A stretch of DNA of 61,943 nt, filler included, from Basidioascus undulatus (taxonomy: Eukaryota): NCBI GenBank assembly GCA_000826855.1. It is 8 parts of 8 records of this genome, joined end to end, with 100 filler letters (N's around TTAATTAATTAA, not from the genome) between each part and the next. Parts side by side here need not be neighbours in the genome. Positions count along the whole stretch, not along the records: positions 25,804 to 30,856 come from JTLS01002018.1; positions 30,957 to 36,009 come from JTLS01002019.1; positions 36,110 to 61,943 come from JTLS01000202.1; 5 more parts are not named here. One strand, given 5' to 3'. Positions 25,911 to 38,267 of the stretch are shown piece after piece. The position numbers and the translations under genes are program-made. The stretch's first letter is position 1, and every line of letters begins with the position of its first letter. The notes beneath the pieces were generated by a model. The model searched no databases and was not told the DNA's origin. It saw only the letters and a list, made by a program, of their open reading frames with translations.

Positions 25911-26711
25911 TCACGTAGAGTACCAAAGACAACAGCAGCACACGCTCAACGTATCCAGCCGAGCTGGGGCGAGAAGTATGACTTTTCTCAATGCCGGCGC
26001 ATACTCAGCGAAGTGCCGAGCTCCAGCAGCAGGGGCGGGCCTGTGGTGGCTCGACGGGGGATGGCGATCCGGGCAGAAAACGAGATGCCAGAGATGCGCG
26101 CACTCCCAGAGGACTTTAACGATGCGCTCATCCTCGAAGGCGATGTCGATCAAGGCCAGATGGGTGAGGTACGAGACGTTCCAGGTCAGCATCATCATCA
26201 CCACCTGGCACTAGTATACGCGAGCTCCTTTGACAGCGACCACTTGGGGAAGATTCGAGAGCGCATCCCGGAAGTCGGCTCCAAACACGGCGAGGCGTTG
26301 CAGTGATGAACTCGCCTTGAACGCTTCGGCAAGCTCCTCGTACCAGTCCCCGTAAAATCATCGGATACTACGAATCCATTATTCCGATGTTCCCAACCCG
26401 GGACAAGGAGATCTTTGGTGTAGGCAGGGAGATGCGGGTTTGTTCAAAGGGCGTTGTAGAAGCGTCGCGTCGACTCCTGATCTTCGAGGTTAGAGGCAGG
26501 GGCAGGGGGGAAGAGACCTTTGGAGATGGGGGGAGTGGGAAGAACGATAGAGCGGTAGTTTGCAATCTGCCTGAACGAGCGAGAGACGAGGCAGAGCGTG
26601 GCCAGGTCCGAAAGGGCAGCCCTATCGCACGTGTATGCGTTCGGGTGCGATGGCTGAGCGACCTCGTCGATGATGAGCTTGAAAATCGAGCTGGAGCTGT
26701 GGGATGCGCAT
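25911..26711 (-). pseudogene. F-box-like (F-box/LRR-type) pseudogene
   Basis: MRIPQLQLD /frameshift/ IFKLIIDEV...DLATLCLVSRSFRQIANYRSIVL, an in-frame TGA at 26444-26446, and a downstream LRR-like LTHLALIDIAF..LWECAHLWHLVF in another frame. Confidence 0.55.
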
Positions 26712-28640
26712 TGTGGTGCTCGAAAGTACGGCTGCGCTGACCTGGACTCGAGATCGAAGGAGCAACGACATGCAAGTGGTTTTAGGCGGGTCGAGGGCGG
26801 TGGTCGTTGAGATGATGGTCGGTCAGTGGCAACTTGGCGGTGGGTGAATGAGCAAAGTTGTTTTCTTCGTTCCGGAATATGCGCTAAATGGTCTGTCGAG
26901 TATCGAAGACAGTTGCATTCCTCCATCGTTTCGCCCCTTCCGCTTTTGTGTCTCGAGCGTGCATCTGAGTTCGCCTCACCAGTTCATTGATTGGAGATTT
27001 CGGAAAAATCCTAACGCATGGGAGGACACTCTGTTGGTCCAGATATAAACTGTTGAATCCAGGCGCGAGTGCGCAGCCTTTCACAACAGGCTCATTAGCA
27101 GAAGGCCAGCTATAGCTGCTTCGAGGTAATAATAGCACTCTTATGTGAGAACACCGAGCTGCATAGCTCTGTGCCAGTATGAGCCTACTGAAATACAACC
27201 CATTTGGGTCCTTGTCAGGCCCACTCGGACCTGGCCAGGTTCGAGCATGCACGCCTGGAAACGCCTCCCACTCAGCCCAGCATCCAGACTGCTGACTGAG
27301 CGCGAAGCCACATGCACCTGGGTCCACGAGGCCTCGCTGAGAATTGGCATGCTGATCACCGCCTGAAGACTTACTTCCATAGCATGGGCTGAGACGAGCC
27401 TTCTCTTCTCGCCCTCGGTGCCTGAGTCGCTCGACGTCGATGCGGGCCCCTTGCCTTGCCCGCCGCTGCGCTGCGAACCTTGCCTGCTAGATAGACGTGG
27501 GCCGGAGCTCTAACTTTGTCGGGCTGCAGTGGTAGCCTCGCTGCTCATCCTTTCATCTCATTTTGACTGTATGTGGTCGGTTGAGTGGTGCTGTGGAGTG
27601 GGACGGGATGGGATGGAGCAAGATGGAGAATGGGAGGAGAGAGGGGGCACGTGTCCTGCTCAGACCGACGGCGGCCGCTGCGCTGTGTGCCCTCCTTGGA
27701 CTGTGGGCATGAGCCGGAGTCGCCAGCATGGTAGAGAACGGCGGAGAGTGCAGGTCCGCACGTAATGCGGTCAGCATTGTTTGGCTTGCAAGCACTGATT
27801 GAGTTGATGTGAAAAAGGAGGGGACGCGAAAGCTGGCGTCGCGGGGCGCCAATGCAAACCCCGCAAGTTCCTTTACAACACCGTCGACGGCCAACACACT
27901 TACTCTCACGAGAGGGACCGCACGCTCGCTCATGAAATGTAATAATTCGATACATTTGGATAGATCAGAGCACTAGAAACACCTGCAAAGTCTTAAAGAA
28001 GCGTGAACTCGAGCAAAGCCTAGTTTGGCGACAGCGTGTGCTGGCTAGCCGGGGCTGCGGGGCTCTCCCTACTCCCCTGCGCCCCTTCACACCACCACTG
28101 CGACCTGCGCGCTCACCCTCACCGCCCTCCCCAGCGCCGTTCAGCGCCGTTCTCCCCTCCATCCTGCCCATTAGAGCCAACGCCGACGCCGTGCTGCGGC
28201 CAGAGCTCGACGGTCGAGGTGGGTCCCGACGTTCACTTTGACGCGAGCCAGGCGCGGGCGCCATTCGTCCAGCCAAGCTCGTATACGGGGTTACGCTGCG
28301 AGCCCGCCCAAACGAGCTGGACGAGCCGGCTACGAGTGTGTACGGCATTGTTGGATATGCGGTGAAGGTTGCTTGCTGGACGGTGGAGTGGCCTGCCCTG
28401 GGGCGGTGGTCCGGCCAGACGCGTAGGGACGCGCCGAGGTCACCCTGAGCTTGAGCTGTACGGCGTTGCGGTCCCCGGCTGTGCCCTCGCACCGCTTGTT
28501 CTAGGCCGCGGAGAACGGCCTCTTTCTTACAATCATTACAGGTCATCGTTACGACACAGTACTCGCTCACCCACCTCAACGCCGGCAGTCCCTATACCCG
28601 ACCACGCCCTCTTCCCGCACAATTTTCGCGAGGGTGGACT

Positions 28641-30856
28641 ATGGCCCACGCGCCTGTCATGCGCCCTTCATGGGAGGGCGATAAAATGTGCGCCTTCGGA
28701 TCCACCTCCCCCTCTTAGCGGGCTGGTAACGCTACTGCCGGCTGGCATCAGGTTGCACATCTATATGCTCGACTACTGCGCCAAGCGCAACTTCACCGCC
28801 TCCTTCCAGGCGTTCCAGCACGAGTCGGGCGCGAGCCTCGCGACGCCCGCGCCGATAGACGCGCCGCAGGGGCTGCTGTACGAGTGGTGGACGACATTCT
28901 GGGATATCTTCACGGCACGAAATAATGGAGGGAACGCGAGCATGGAGGCGAGGGCGTTCGTCCGGGTGCGTCTTTCCCCCCCTCGGACCCCTCCTTCCTC
29001 TTTGGGCGGTCTTGCGTATGGCTGAACGCTGGATGGGGCTGTTGGTATAGATGGATGCGGAGTCCGAGCGGCGCAGAGCCACCCATGCGCATCAGCAGCA
29101 GTGGGCGGCCTCGGCAGCAGCAGCTGCAGCGATGCACCCGCCCGGCACTCACTCGTCCCAAGCCCGCCCGCACCCGACAGCCCCGACGCCTCCGCCCGGC
29201 ACGGCGCCCCATCACGCCTCGCCCACAATGCACCCGCACGGTTCCCCGCACGTCATGGCGACGCGCCCACCGCCGCAGGCGCAGCCGCGCCCGCCGTACG
29301 CTGCCCAGCCGCGGTATCCCCATCCGACCGCGGAGCTGGTGGAGCGATGCATCAGGGAGACGGGGTTTGACCGCAATTGGCAGGCGTTGACCGAGACGGA
29401 GCGGGTGAGTGGGACGCTCGAGAACTGAGGGGGCAAGGCGCTGATGGCTGGACGGACGGCAGGATGAGGTGCGGAGACGGATTGCGGAGTACCAAGATCG
29501 GCAGGCAGCCATGACTGTGCGTTTCAGTGTCGCGCATATCGTGGACCGCGCCGGCTGCTAATCCCGTTGGATGGCTCATAGATGCCTCGGCAAGTCCAAG
29601 TACACCCCGGGCAGCCGCAACCGCCTGGTTCGGTGCCAGCGCAGATGATCCAGCGACCTCCGTGCGTGACTCCCATATCTTCCTTACTGCAGTGCTCTCG
29701 CTCATCAGCGATTCCCACGCAGGAGCGTCAACGGCTACCCGCTGCCCGTCACCACGCCCAGCGCTCCGCCGACGCATGGCGTCCCGACGTATCAACAGCA
29801 GCAGGGTCATCTGGTCCGGATGTCGCCGGCTATGGCTGTATGTGCTCTCCGGCATCTTAACTACCCATGAGCATGGCTCGCTGAACGGAAGCGGCGTCAT
29901 CCAGCATTCTCCTATTCCCCGCACCGATTCGCCTCCCGACCGCAAACGCCGCCGAGGCTCGCCGGAACCGACGATGGCCTTCTCGCCCCAGCCTTATCCT
30001 TACGTCTCGCAAGGCCCGCCGCCTCCCAACGGACATCCGATGCACGCGCAAGGACAGGTAAGCGTGCTATCCTCCAATTCAGGAGTCAGAGGATTCGCCA
30101 AAGCTGAAGGCTTCAATCCCGCAGTATATGGTTTTGCATCAACGACCCCCACCGCCGCAGCAGCGTCCTCCCCCTCCTCCAGGCCAGCCCGGCCCACAGC
30201 GGCAATACTACGCCCACCCGCACGCACCCCAGCCTCCCACGCAGCAGCACCCGCCGCAGCCGTACCCAGTGCAAGGCGGTCCGCCTCCGCAATCCCCGCA
30301 CCTCCACCAGCAGCCCATGCACGCCCCCCATCCGAACGGGCACCACGCGCCGCTGCCCCCGCCGCCTCCTCATCAAGCGCCAACGCCGCCGCAAGTGATG
30401 CACTACGCGCATCAGCAGATGCCCTCGCAGCCGCGCGGGCAGCCGCCTCCGCCGCCTTACGGGCAGCAACCCCCGCCCCCGCCGCAGGTGCAAGGCCGCA
30501 AGATCGCGGGCGCGCCGGTGAGGCCTGGTCAGGCCGGCGGGTACCCGCCTACGCCTCAACCGGGCTGGCAGCAGCCGCCCCCGCCGCACGGCGTCCAACC
30601 CCAGCAGCAGGGCAAACCGCCCGCGGGCAGCATGCCCCCGCCCCCGACGCCGCCGCCTGGCGCGCAGGGCAACGGCGCGCCGAAGGAGGTCGAGGGAGAG
30701 GTCGGGATGTCGGTGCGTCGTCTTCCGCGTTAACGTGTCCTTCTTTGCGAAGCTCACTTGTGTGGATGGGTGCACAGCGGTCAACCTCCGGCGGTGTAGC
30801 GGCGTCCCCTATCCCTTCCACGCCCACCGTGCCGCCAAACAAACCTCCCCCCCCCG
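28641..30856 (+). CDS. LisH/LUFS-domain transcriptional regulator (Flo8/SomA/SSDP-like), P/Q-rich; 3' partial
   Basis: SWEGDKM|LHIYMLDYCAKRNF..APIDAPQGLLYEWWTTFWDIF, an NLS-like PDRKRRRGS and a long P/Q/H-rich region. Confidence 0.88.
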
Positions 30857-30956
30857 NNNNNNNNNNNNNNNNNNNNNNNNNNNNNNNNNNNNNNNNNNNN
30901 TTAATTAATTAANNNNNNNNNNNNNNNNNNNNNNNNNNNNNNNNNNNNNNNNNNNN
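30857..30956. other. Artificial contig spacer
   Basis: 44 N + TTAATTAATTAA + 44 N. Confidence 0.99.
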
Positions 30957-32392
30957 CGCGGAGGGTTGTGTGGGGGGCGGGGCAGGAGCCGGGGGGCAAG
31001 AGGACCTCGAGTCGAGCTCAGGAGCTGTAGCGACGTGGGCGGCAGGAGCGCTGCTCTCAGCCGCAGACGTGGACGCGGACGTCGCCACCTCCGACTCAGC
31101 AGCGTGGAGCAGCAGCGCCTGCTCCCACTCGTCGTCGTCCTGGAGAGCGAGGTCCTCTGGCGCGGGCTGCTGCTGCTGCTCGCCTGCCTGAGCGCTGGGT
31201 GGAGGCGCTCGGGGCTCTGAGGAAGATGCAGAGGAGGGCGGAGCCGTGGCCTTTGGGCGACTTGGCGTCGGCTCAGCGATCTTGACTCTCTTCCCACTGC
31301 CATCCCTCGGCGTCGTCCACAGCGCCTTCAGAGGATCATCGAACTTGCGCTTCGCCCCTCCGCCGCCCCCGCGCTTCACCTCGAACCCGAGCGACTGCTG
31401 CTTGGTTGGTGTAGGGCGGTGCGGCGCCTGTGTAGGACGCTGAGTCGGCGCAGCCACGTGCGCTTGCGACCCCGAGCCCGAAGCCTGCGTCGGCGCAAAT
31501 GCTAGCGTCTTTTGCGGGCCCTTGTTCGCGTCGAGGAGGTAGTCCTGCCACCTAAGCAGGCGGCCCGCGGCGACTGAGTCGACGATCCAGGAGGGGGTGC
31601 AGACCTGTGAGGTGCCTGGTGTCAGTAATAGTCGGTGGGAAGGAGGCACGCCGACGGACCTTCATATGCTGGAACTCGATTCGCTTGCGCGGAGTGAGGT
31701 TCATCGCAATAATGTGGGTTCTGGAAGGGAAGCATGAGATCAGTACGCCCAGTAGAGTGGCAAGGCTGTGTGGGTGAGCACTCACACGGCGCCTTTGGAC
31801 TCGAGATACTCTACGCAGCCCCTATCCGCCTCAGCCCCGAACCCCTCGCAGCTCAGGCACCCCAGACGTACGCATGTACATGCCTACCGCACACGGCGCC
31901 CTGTCAGCCCCTTCTGCAAGGTAGAGTCTGCAGACCGAGATTCAAGCACGCACCTCCGTTCGCGACGATCATCTCGCGGATCTCCTGCTGACTTGGCCTG
32001 GTGTACCCATCGATCTACCATACCCAAGCACCACATTTCAGCATATAGTGTATCCAGGCAGAAACATAACTAAACGCACGTAGATCCTCAACCCGCTGAA
32101 GAACCCACCCCGCACGCCAAGCTCCGCATCCTGGATCTGGAGCTTCGCGCGCTTGTGCCTCACTGTTCCCCTCAACCCGACATCTCATGAGCCACTCCGA
32201 TCTACTTCAAGATATTACAATGAACGCAGCACACGCACTATACTCTCCGAACCCCCCAAACTTAGACGCAGCGTAGATGTCCTCCCCCTCCTGGTGATGC
32301 TCCTGCTCCTGCTCCTGCTCCTCCGCTGGACTAGCGCCCGCCGTCTCCTCGTCAAGGCGCCAGAAGTCCTCGTCGTCGGATAGGTCGTCCAT
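30957..32392 (-). CDS. REV1: DNA repair protein Rev1, N-terminal BRCT region; 3' partial
   Basis: YAASKFGGFGEY..KRAKLQIQD..FFSGLRIY|IDGYTRPSQQEIREMIVANG|GMYM|QYLESKGAV|THIIAMNLTPRKRIEF..PSWIVDSVAAGRLLRWQDY. Confidence 0.9.
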
Positions 32393-32646
32393 GCTGTTAT
32401 GCGTGGATTGCTGGTGGCGTAGCATAGCAGAAAGTCCTGCCGGACGAGCTCAATAATCGCAGGCAACCCGTTGGAAGCGCACGCCACGCGATCGCCACCG
32501 CCCTGGCTCCGCGGACGGGCGCCGGGCCGATCCCATTCTCACCGCCAAGCATCTTGCTTGCCTCCTGCATCTTACACCGCTCAGCACCACACTTTCCACG
32601 GCACAACCCCCGTATCTTCCCATTTTAACCTTCACAACCCGACGAT

Positions 32647-33054
32647 ATGTCAGCCCAAGTCGCCTGGGGCAAGTTCCTCATCTGGTCTTCCATCAGTACG
32701 CCCTTCCATCCTTCCGCCTTCTCCCCCTCCCTCCCCCTCCCCCTCACTCCTTCCTGACCTCACTGTCGCAGTCATGGCCTCCGGCTACGGCCTGATGAAA
32801 GCTACGACCCCCTCGGAGAAGGAGCTGTACGACGCACTCTCGCCCGAGCTCAAGCGGCGCGTCGACCAGGCCCGGGCGGAGCGCGAGGGGCGCGGGCAGT
32901 TTGAGCGGCAGGTGCAGGTGCGTTTCTGTACACCTCTCTCTTCTCTCCACAGGACGGAGGCTGATGCACAGGGGCGGGACGACAGGCCAGCTTGGAAGCC
33001 GACAAGCCCATTTGGGGGTCCGATCTGGATGCAGCCAAGGGTCGGAGGGTGTGA
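32647..33054 (+). CDS. CBP4: Cytochrome bc1 assembly factor Cbp4
   Basis: Three exons: MSAQVAWGKFLIWSSI|IMASGYGLMKATTPSEKELYDALSPELKRRVD..|ASLEADKPIWG..RV*. Confidence 0.78.
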
Positions 33055-33821
33055 GGACCGGGGGTTGGTCGGGAGCGGGTCGAAGGGAATGGCGGTATTG
33101 TAGAGCGGAGGGGCTTTTGAGGAGGGCAGCTACCATCTTTATATTTGTACGAGGACACAACACCCACAACGACGCACACGCACAGCTCAGCCCACTCGTG
33201 CGTAACATACGTATGTGTGGTGTGTGCGAGTGTGCAAGAGTCGATTCCCAATCAGACAGAGGAGAGCCAGGCCAATCACAAACGATCAAAAAAGGAAGAA
33301 AGGGGGGGAGAGGCTGTGAACGAGAATTGAGAAGAACGACAACGCGAGACTAAGATGCGTCATGTCGATCGCGAGAGAAGGGGAAGCGGAAATAAAGGTT
33401 GGGAGAGGGGGGCGGGCGTGTTAGGAGACCGCAAGAATGGAAAGAGGTAGATAGTAGAGGTAGTAAGTACAATCTGCGCATGATAGGGAGTTGAGTCGAC
33501 GGGAGAACAAGGACGCGGGCGGGAGTCGGGAGTCGTGAAGGCGAAGGCGGTGCGCGGCGGGGCGGAGAGGGCGGAAAGGGGCGGTAAGTCAAGTCGAGTG
33601 AGGAGATTTAACGGGAGATTTCCGCGCGGCCCCGACGCCCGCAGCCGGCCGCCAAGGGAAAGCGGGGGAGAGGGGCGGGAGGAAGTGTGTGGTCGTCGTC
33701 GTCGTCGTCGTAGGATGCAAGACAGCATGGGAGAGGCGGGGGACGGGTATATGGGCGTTGCAAGTCGAGTCGAAAGAAGGGAGAACCGGTCGGGAAAAGA
33801 GAAGAGAGCGCGTGGCCTCGT

Positions 33822-34807
<986 letters not shown>

Positions 34808-36009
34808 AGCTGGGCTGCAGGGGCGAACAGCGGATACGGATGCGAAGTGCAGTCGCGCGTGCGAGAGACGAGTACAAGATGGAGCCGAGTGTGTGTTGAT
34901 GCGGGAAGGAAGAGGGCGATGGCGAGAGGTCGAGAGGTCGAGGTCGAGGAGGCGGGGCCAAGGGAAGGGACAACAAGGTTCGTCAGCCACAACGTCCGAA
35001 CCAGACAAGGCCTGTGTCTCCAGTCTCCTCCGATCCAGACTCAGTTCGCCCCTTCCTCACCCAACTCTCCCAGTCCGGCCAGTACACGGCTGAATCAGAG
35101 CCAGCAAAGGCACCGTGTCGAGCGCAGCGTGCGCGGGAAGACTGGTGCCGACAGCCCAACACTCGCGTGACGAGCAAGGGATCCGCCGCCGCTCGAGCCC
35201 GCTCTCCGCTGCGCCCCACCTGGGCATTCCCATCGCCTTCTCGAGCACCGTCTTCCCTCCCAATGCTGACTGCGTCCATCACCAGCGCTCCTCGAGCACG
35301 GCGACAGCCCGCACATCCGCACGTCCAGCCGAGCCCCGCCCCTCCCTCCGGGCGCGCGCGTGCGCACAGACCTTTGGGATGGGCTCTGGAGAGCGGGACG
35401 GTGTGTAGAGAAGGACGGCGGCGGCGGGGCGGGGCGGGTGTGTGTGCGGTCGGGCGCGACTGAGAAGCCTGAGGGTGTTGGGCGACGGCAGCGGGATAAT
35501 AATCAAGTGAGGAGAGCTGTTAGGGAGCGAGGGAGCGAGGAGGGAACCGCCTCCTGTCGCTGGTCTGCACTTACGGTTGTCCGGCCTAAGCCAGCCTCTA
35601 ACACGCTTGCTTGCCTCAGCTTCCTCATTTCAACACATCGAGAATACTGGAATATATTTGAATAAAAATGAAGAGCCTGATCTGTATACAAATGCCTAGG
35701 TACGCGGGCTGGCGACCTTGTACAAATACGCGGCGGAGCCCGACGACCTCGGACCCTGCCAGTCGCCACAGCCTGTCGTTTCACCCTCTTCGTGCGTTCC
35801 AGCATCGCGTCTCAGGCTCGTTTCAATCACCCTATTCACCTCCTGCCCACCCATTTAATCATATCCTCACCAGCACCGACTCCAGCACACAACCGACTCT
35901 TTCCCAGCACCCACTTCGCACTCGCAAACGACGCATCGCTATGCAACAAATCTGCATTTTACCCATCCAATCACTCCTACACCTCTGACCAACCGACCAT
36001 GTCCCGCAC

Positions 36010-36109
36010 NNNNNNNNNNNNNNNNNNNNNNNNNNNNNNNNNNNNNNNNNNNNTTAATTAATTAANNNNNNNNNNNNNNNNNNNNNNNNNNNNNNNNNNN
36101 NNNNNNNNN
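36010..36109. other. Artificial contig spacer
   Basis: 44 N + TTAATTAATTAA + 44 N. Confidence 0.99.
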
Positions 36110-36795
36110 GGAGAAAAACAAAGGCGAAAGAAGAAGAAGCGATACGACAGGCAGACAGTCAGGCGGACTTGTCTGCAACTACCTCAGTACGTTCTCTGAA
36201 GCGCAGCGTACCACCATGCCGGTGGGACGTTCCTGACTCCTGCCCTCCGCGCAGCTACGTTTTCCTCCGCCCTGTCATAACGGCCAGTGAGTGTGAAAGA
36301 CTCCCCAAGAAACCCCCGTCATACCTACGGGAGATAAATTCTTCAGCTGGGCTCCGAGCTCCCCCCCTGAGCGGAGGCTACTCCTTGAACGACCAGGACT
36401 GGGAGGTCGAGAGCGCGATCTGGACGTTCGACCCGGTCTCCCGGCGCATCATCATTACCTGGACGAACACCGACGGTACGCCAGATGCCCTTGCCCTTGA
36501 TGGTCGGCCTCATTGAATGGAACTAACACCAACCAAATCGCAGGGACGACTCGGCTGAGCGACTCGGACAATTCCATCAAGATAGCCACGGCGTTCGAAG
36601 ACTTCACCCCGGAATACTACTACCTCGCCGTATCTGGTGACCTCAACCCGCTCACGACAAAGTTGGGAAATTACGTACAGTTTGTAAGGCTATACCCCAT
36701 CGTGAGAGCACTGTGTGCGGCTACCGCAAGCGAGTCTCACACATCTTTTCTTGCAGGCATTCTACTTCGACGGTACCGCGACGCTGACAGAGTAG
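36110..36795 (+). CDS. Uncharacterised basidiomycete-type protein, C-terminal exons; 5' partial
   Basis: VESAIWTFDPVSRRIIITWTNTDG|TTRL..YLAVSGDLN..|AFYFDGTATLTE* with canonical introns. The ESAIW..W.NTDG motif recurs in basidiomycete hypothetical proteins as I recall them. Confidence 0.55.
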
Positions 36796-37512
36796 TTTTT
36801 CTCGTCTCGGTCTGTTTCTGTATTCTGTCTCTTAGTCTTCAGTTGTTTTCTCTGGGACCATACTATACCCCCTCCGCTCTGTCTCGCCTACGGTTCTTGT
36901 GGACCTTCCGTTCTCGTGCATTCACTGCGCTCGCTGCTCTGCGCATCCTTTACTTGCCTGTTCGCTTATGTGTACCGCTTGAAAGGATGTGAGGGTGAAG
37001 GGAAGCGATCGTATTTCATATCGCACACACCTTTTGCTTGCACGCAGCGACTTCCAAGCGCATCAACAATGATTGCAAACTTTCACTTCCTGCACTTTTT
37101 TACGTGATCATTCTCACAGACAGGTTATATTGGTATTCGGCGTTCAAAGGAACCTAAAGCGGAACACCGCTGTTGGTACTCCCAGGCAGCGAAGCACTTC
37201 ACAACGTTTGCGAGCAATGTCCGCGGAGGAGGCCTGAAAATGGTCAGCTGTTATTGGCCGAAGGCGCTTCCCTCCCGACTCTCGGCGAGTCCGGCGACGA
37301 AATGCACTCTCAAACCGAAGGAGCACCTGCAACGATTCCTGGCTGGTCCCATCTGCTCCCTCCCGTCTCAACGAATTCACAGACAGGCCCAGCGAATCGC
37401 ATGCGAGCCTGACGATATAGCAGTCAGCCAAGCCGAGCTCGAGGAGGTCTAAGAGCTTGCCGCCCGGCTTTCAGAGCCGAACATCCGTTCCGCTTCCCTC
37501 AGGAAGAAAACA

Positions 37513-37571
37513 TTATCCTTACTGTAATGTTCTCAGATAGGACAATTTCTCGAGTCACAGAGGCAGATAAG
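37513..37571. promoter_or_regulatory. Possible GATA (AreA-type) and Gcn4-type motif cluster upstream of GLT1
   Basis: TTATC 37513, GATAG 37536, GAGTCA 37552 and GATAAG 37566 lie within 60 nt, about 700 nt upstream of the ATG. Confidence 0.3.
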
Positions 37572-38267
37572 TGCGGGAGTCCGCGAGGTCGAGGTCGAGT
37601 CGGAAGTTGGCTCGGGGTTGCGGTGATTAGCATGTGAAAATCGCCAGTGTCTTAGACTGATCAGCGATCGTTCGCCTTCGCCTGTGAGAATTCAGCACTT
37701 TTGTCTCTCCTAGTCCACAAAAAATTGTTTGTAAAGCGCTGGAATTATGCAAGCAGAGTGCTAGAGAGGTCAGCTGGTAATGGTACGACCAGTCGGCGGC
37801 GTGCGGTATGCAACGCGGAAGGCAGTCTGAATCGTCCAATCGGATGCGATTGTGGGGGCGATAACGAGGAAGGCAGCGAGGCAGCCCTACCGCGCGACGT
37901 GCGATCGGGTTTGCATCTTCCGGGTCTCTACGTTTCGCCTGCTCCTGCCACTCTCTGCATCTTCTCTGCCCGCCACCACCGCTGAGACGCTTGCCGAGCC
38001 CATCCCCAGTCGCGCGCTCCCCAATACATCCAGCATATACGCGGCCATCTCAGCGCCCGAGAGACTAGGCTACCTATACACGCCTGCTATACCCCACAAA
38101 GTGCGCTCGTTGCCGGACCTTGCCGCATACCTACCGCCTCGATATTTACACCTCCGGTTATTCGCGCAGAAATCGATCTTTGAACCGAACCCAACGCCTC
38201 TCGCTCCTTTACTCTCCCCGTATCTTCCCCTGCCCCAACCGGACCAACACACGCGCAGACGCCTTCT

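Noticed and set aside
27050..27760. Possible small spliced gene or MITE
   Set aside because: Some splice-like signals are present, but I could support no convincing ORF, terminal inverted repeat or target-site duplication.
29527..30912. 461-aa Ala/Arg-rich ORF
   Set aside because: An alternative frame of the P/Q-rich LisH gene that reads through introns and the N spacer.
35999..36795. ATG at the end of contig 7 continuing into the ORF at the start of contig 8
   Set aside because: They are separated by a spacer, and nothing shows the two contigs are adjacent.
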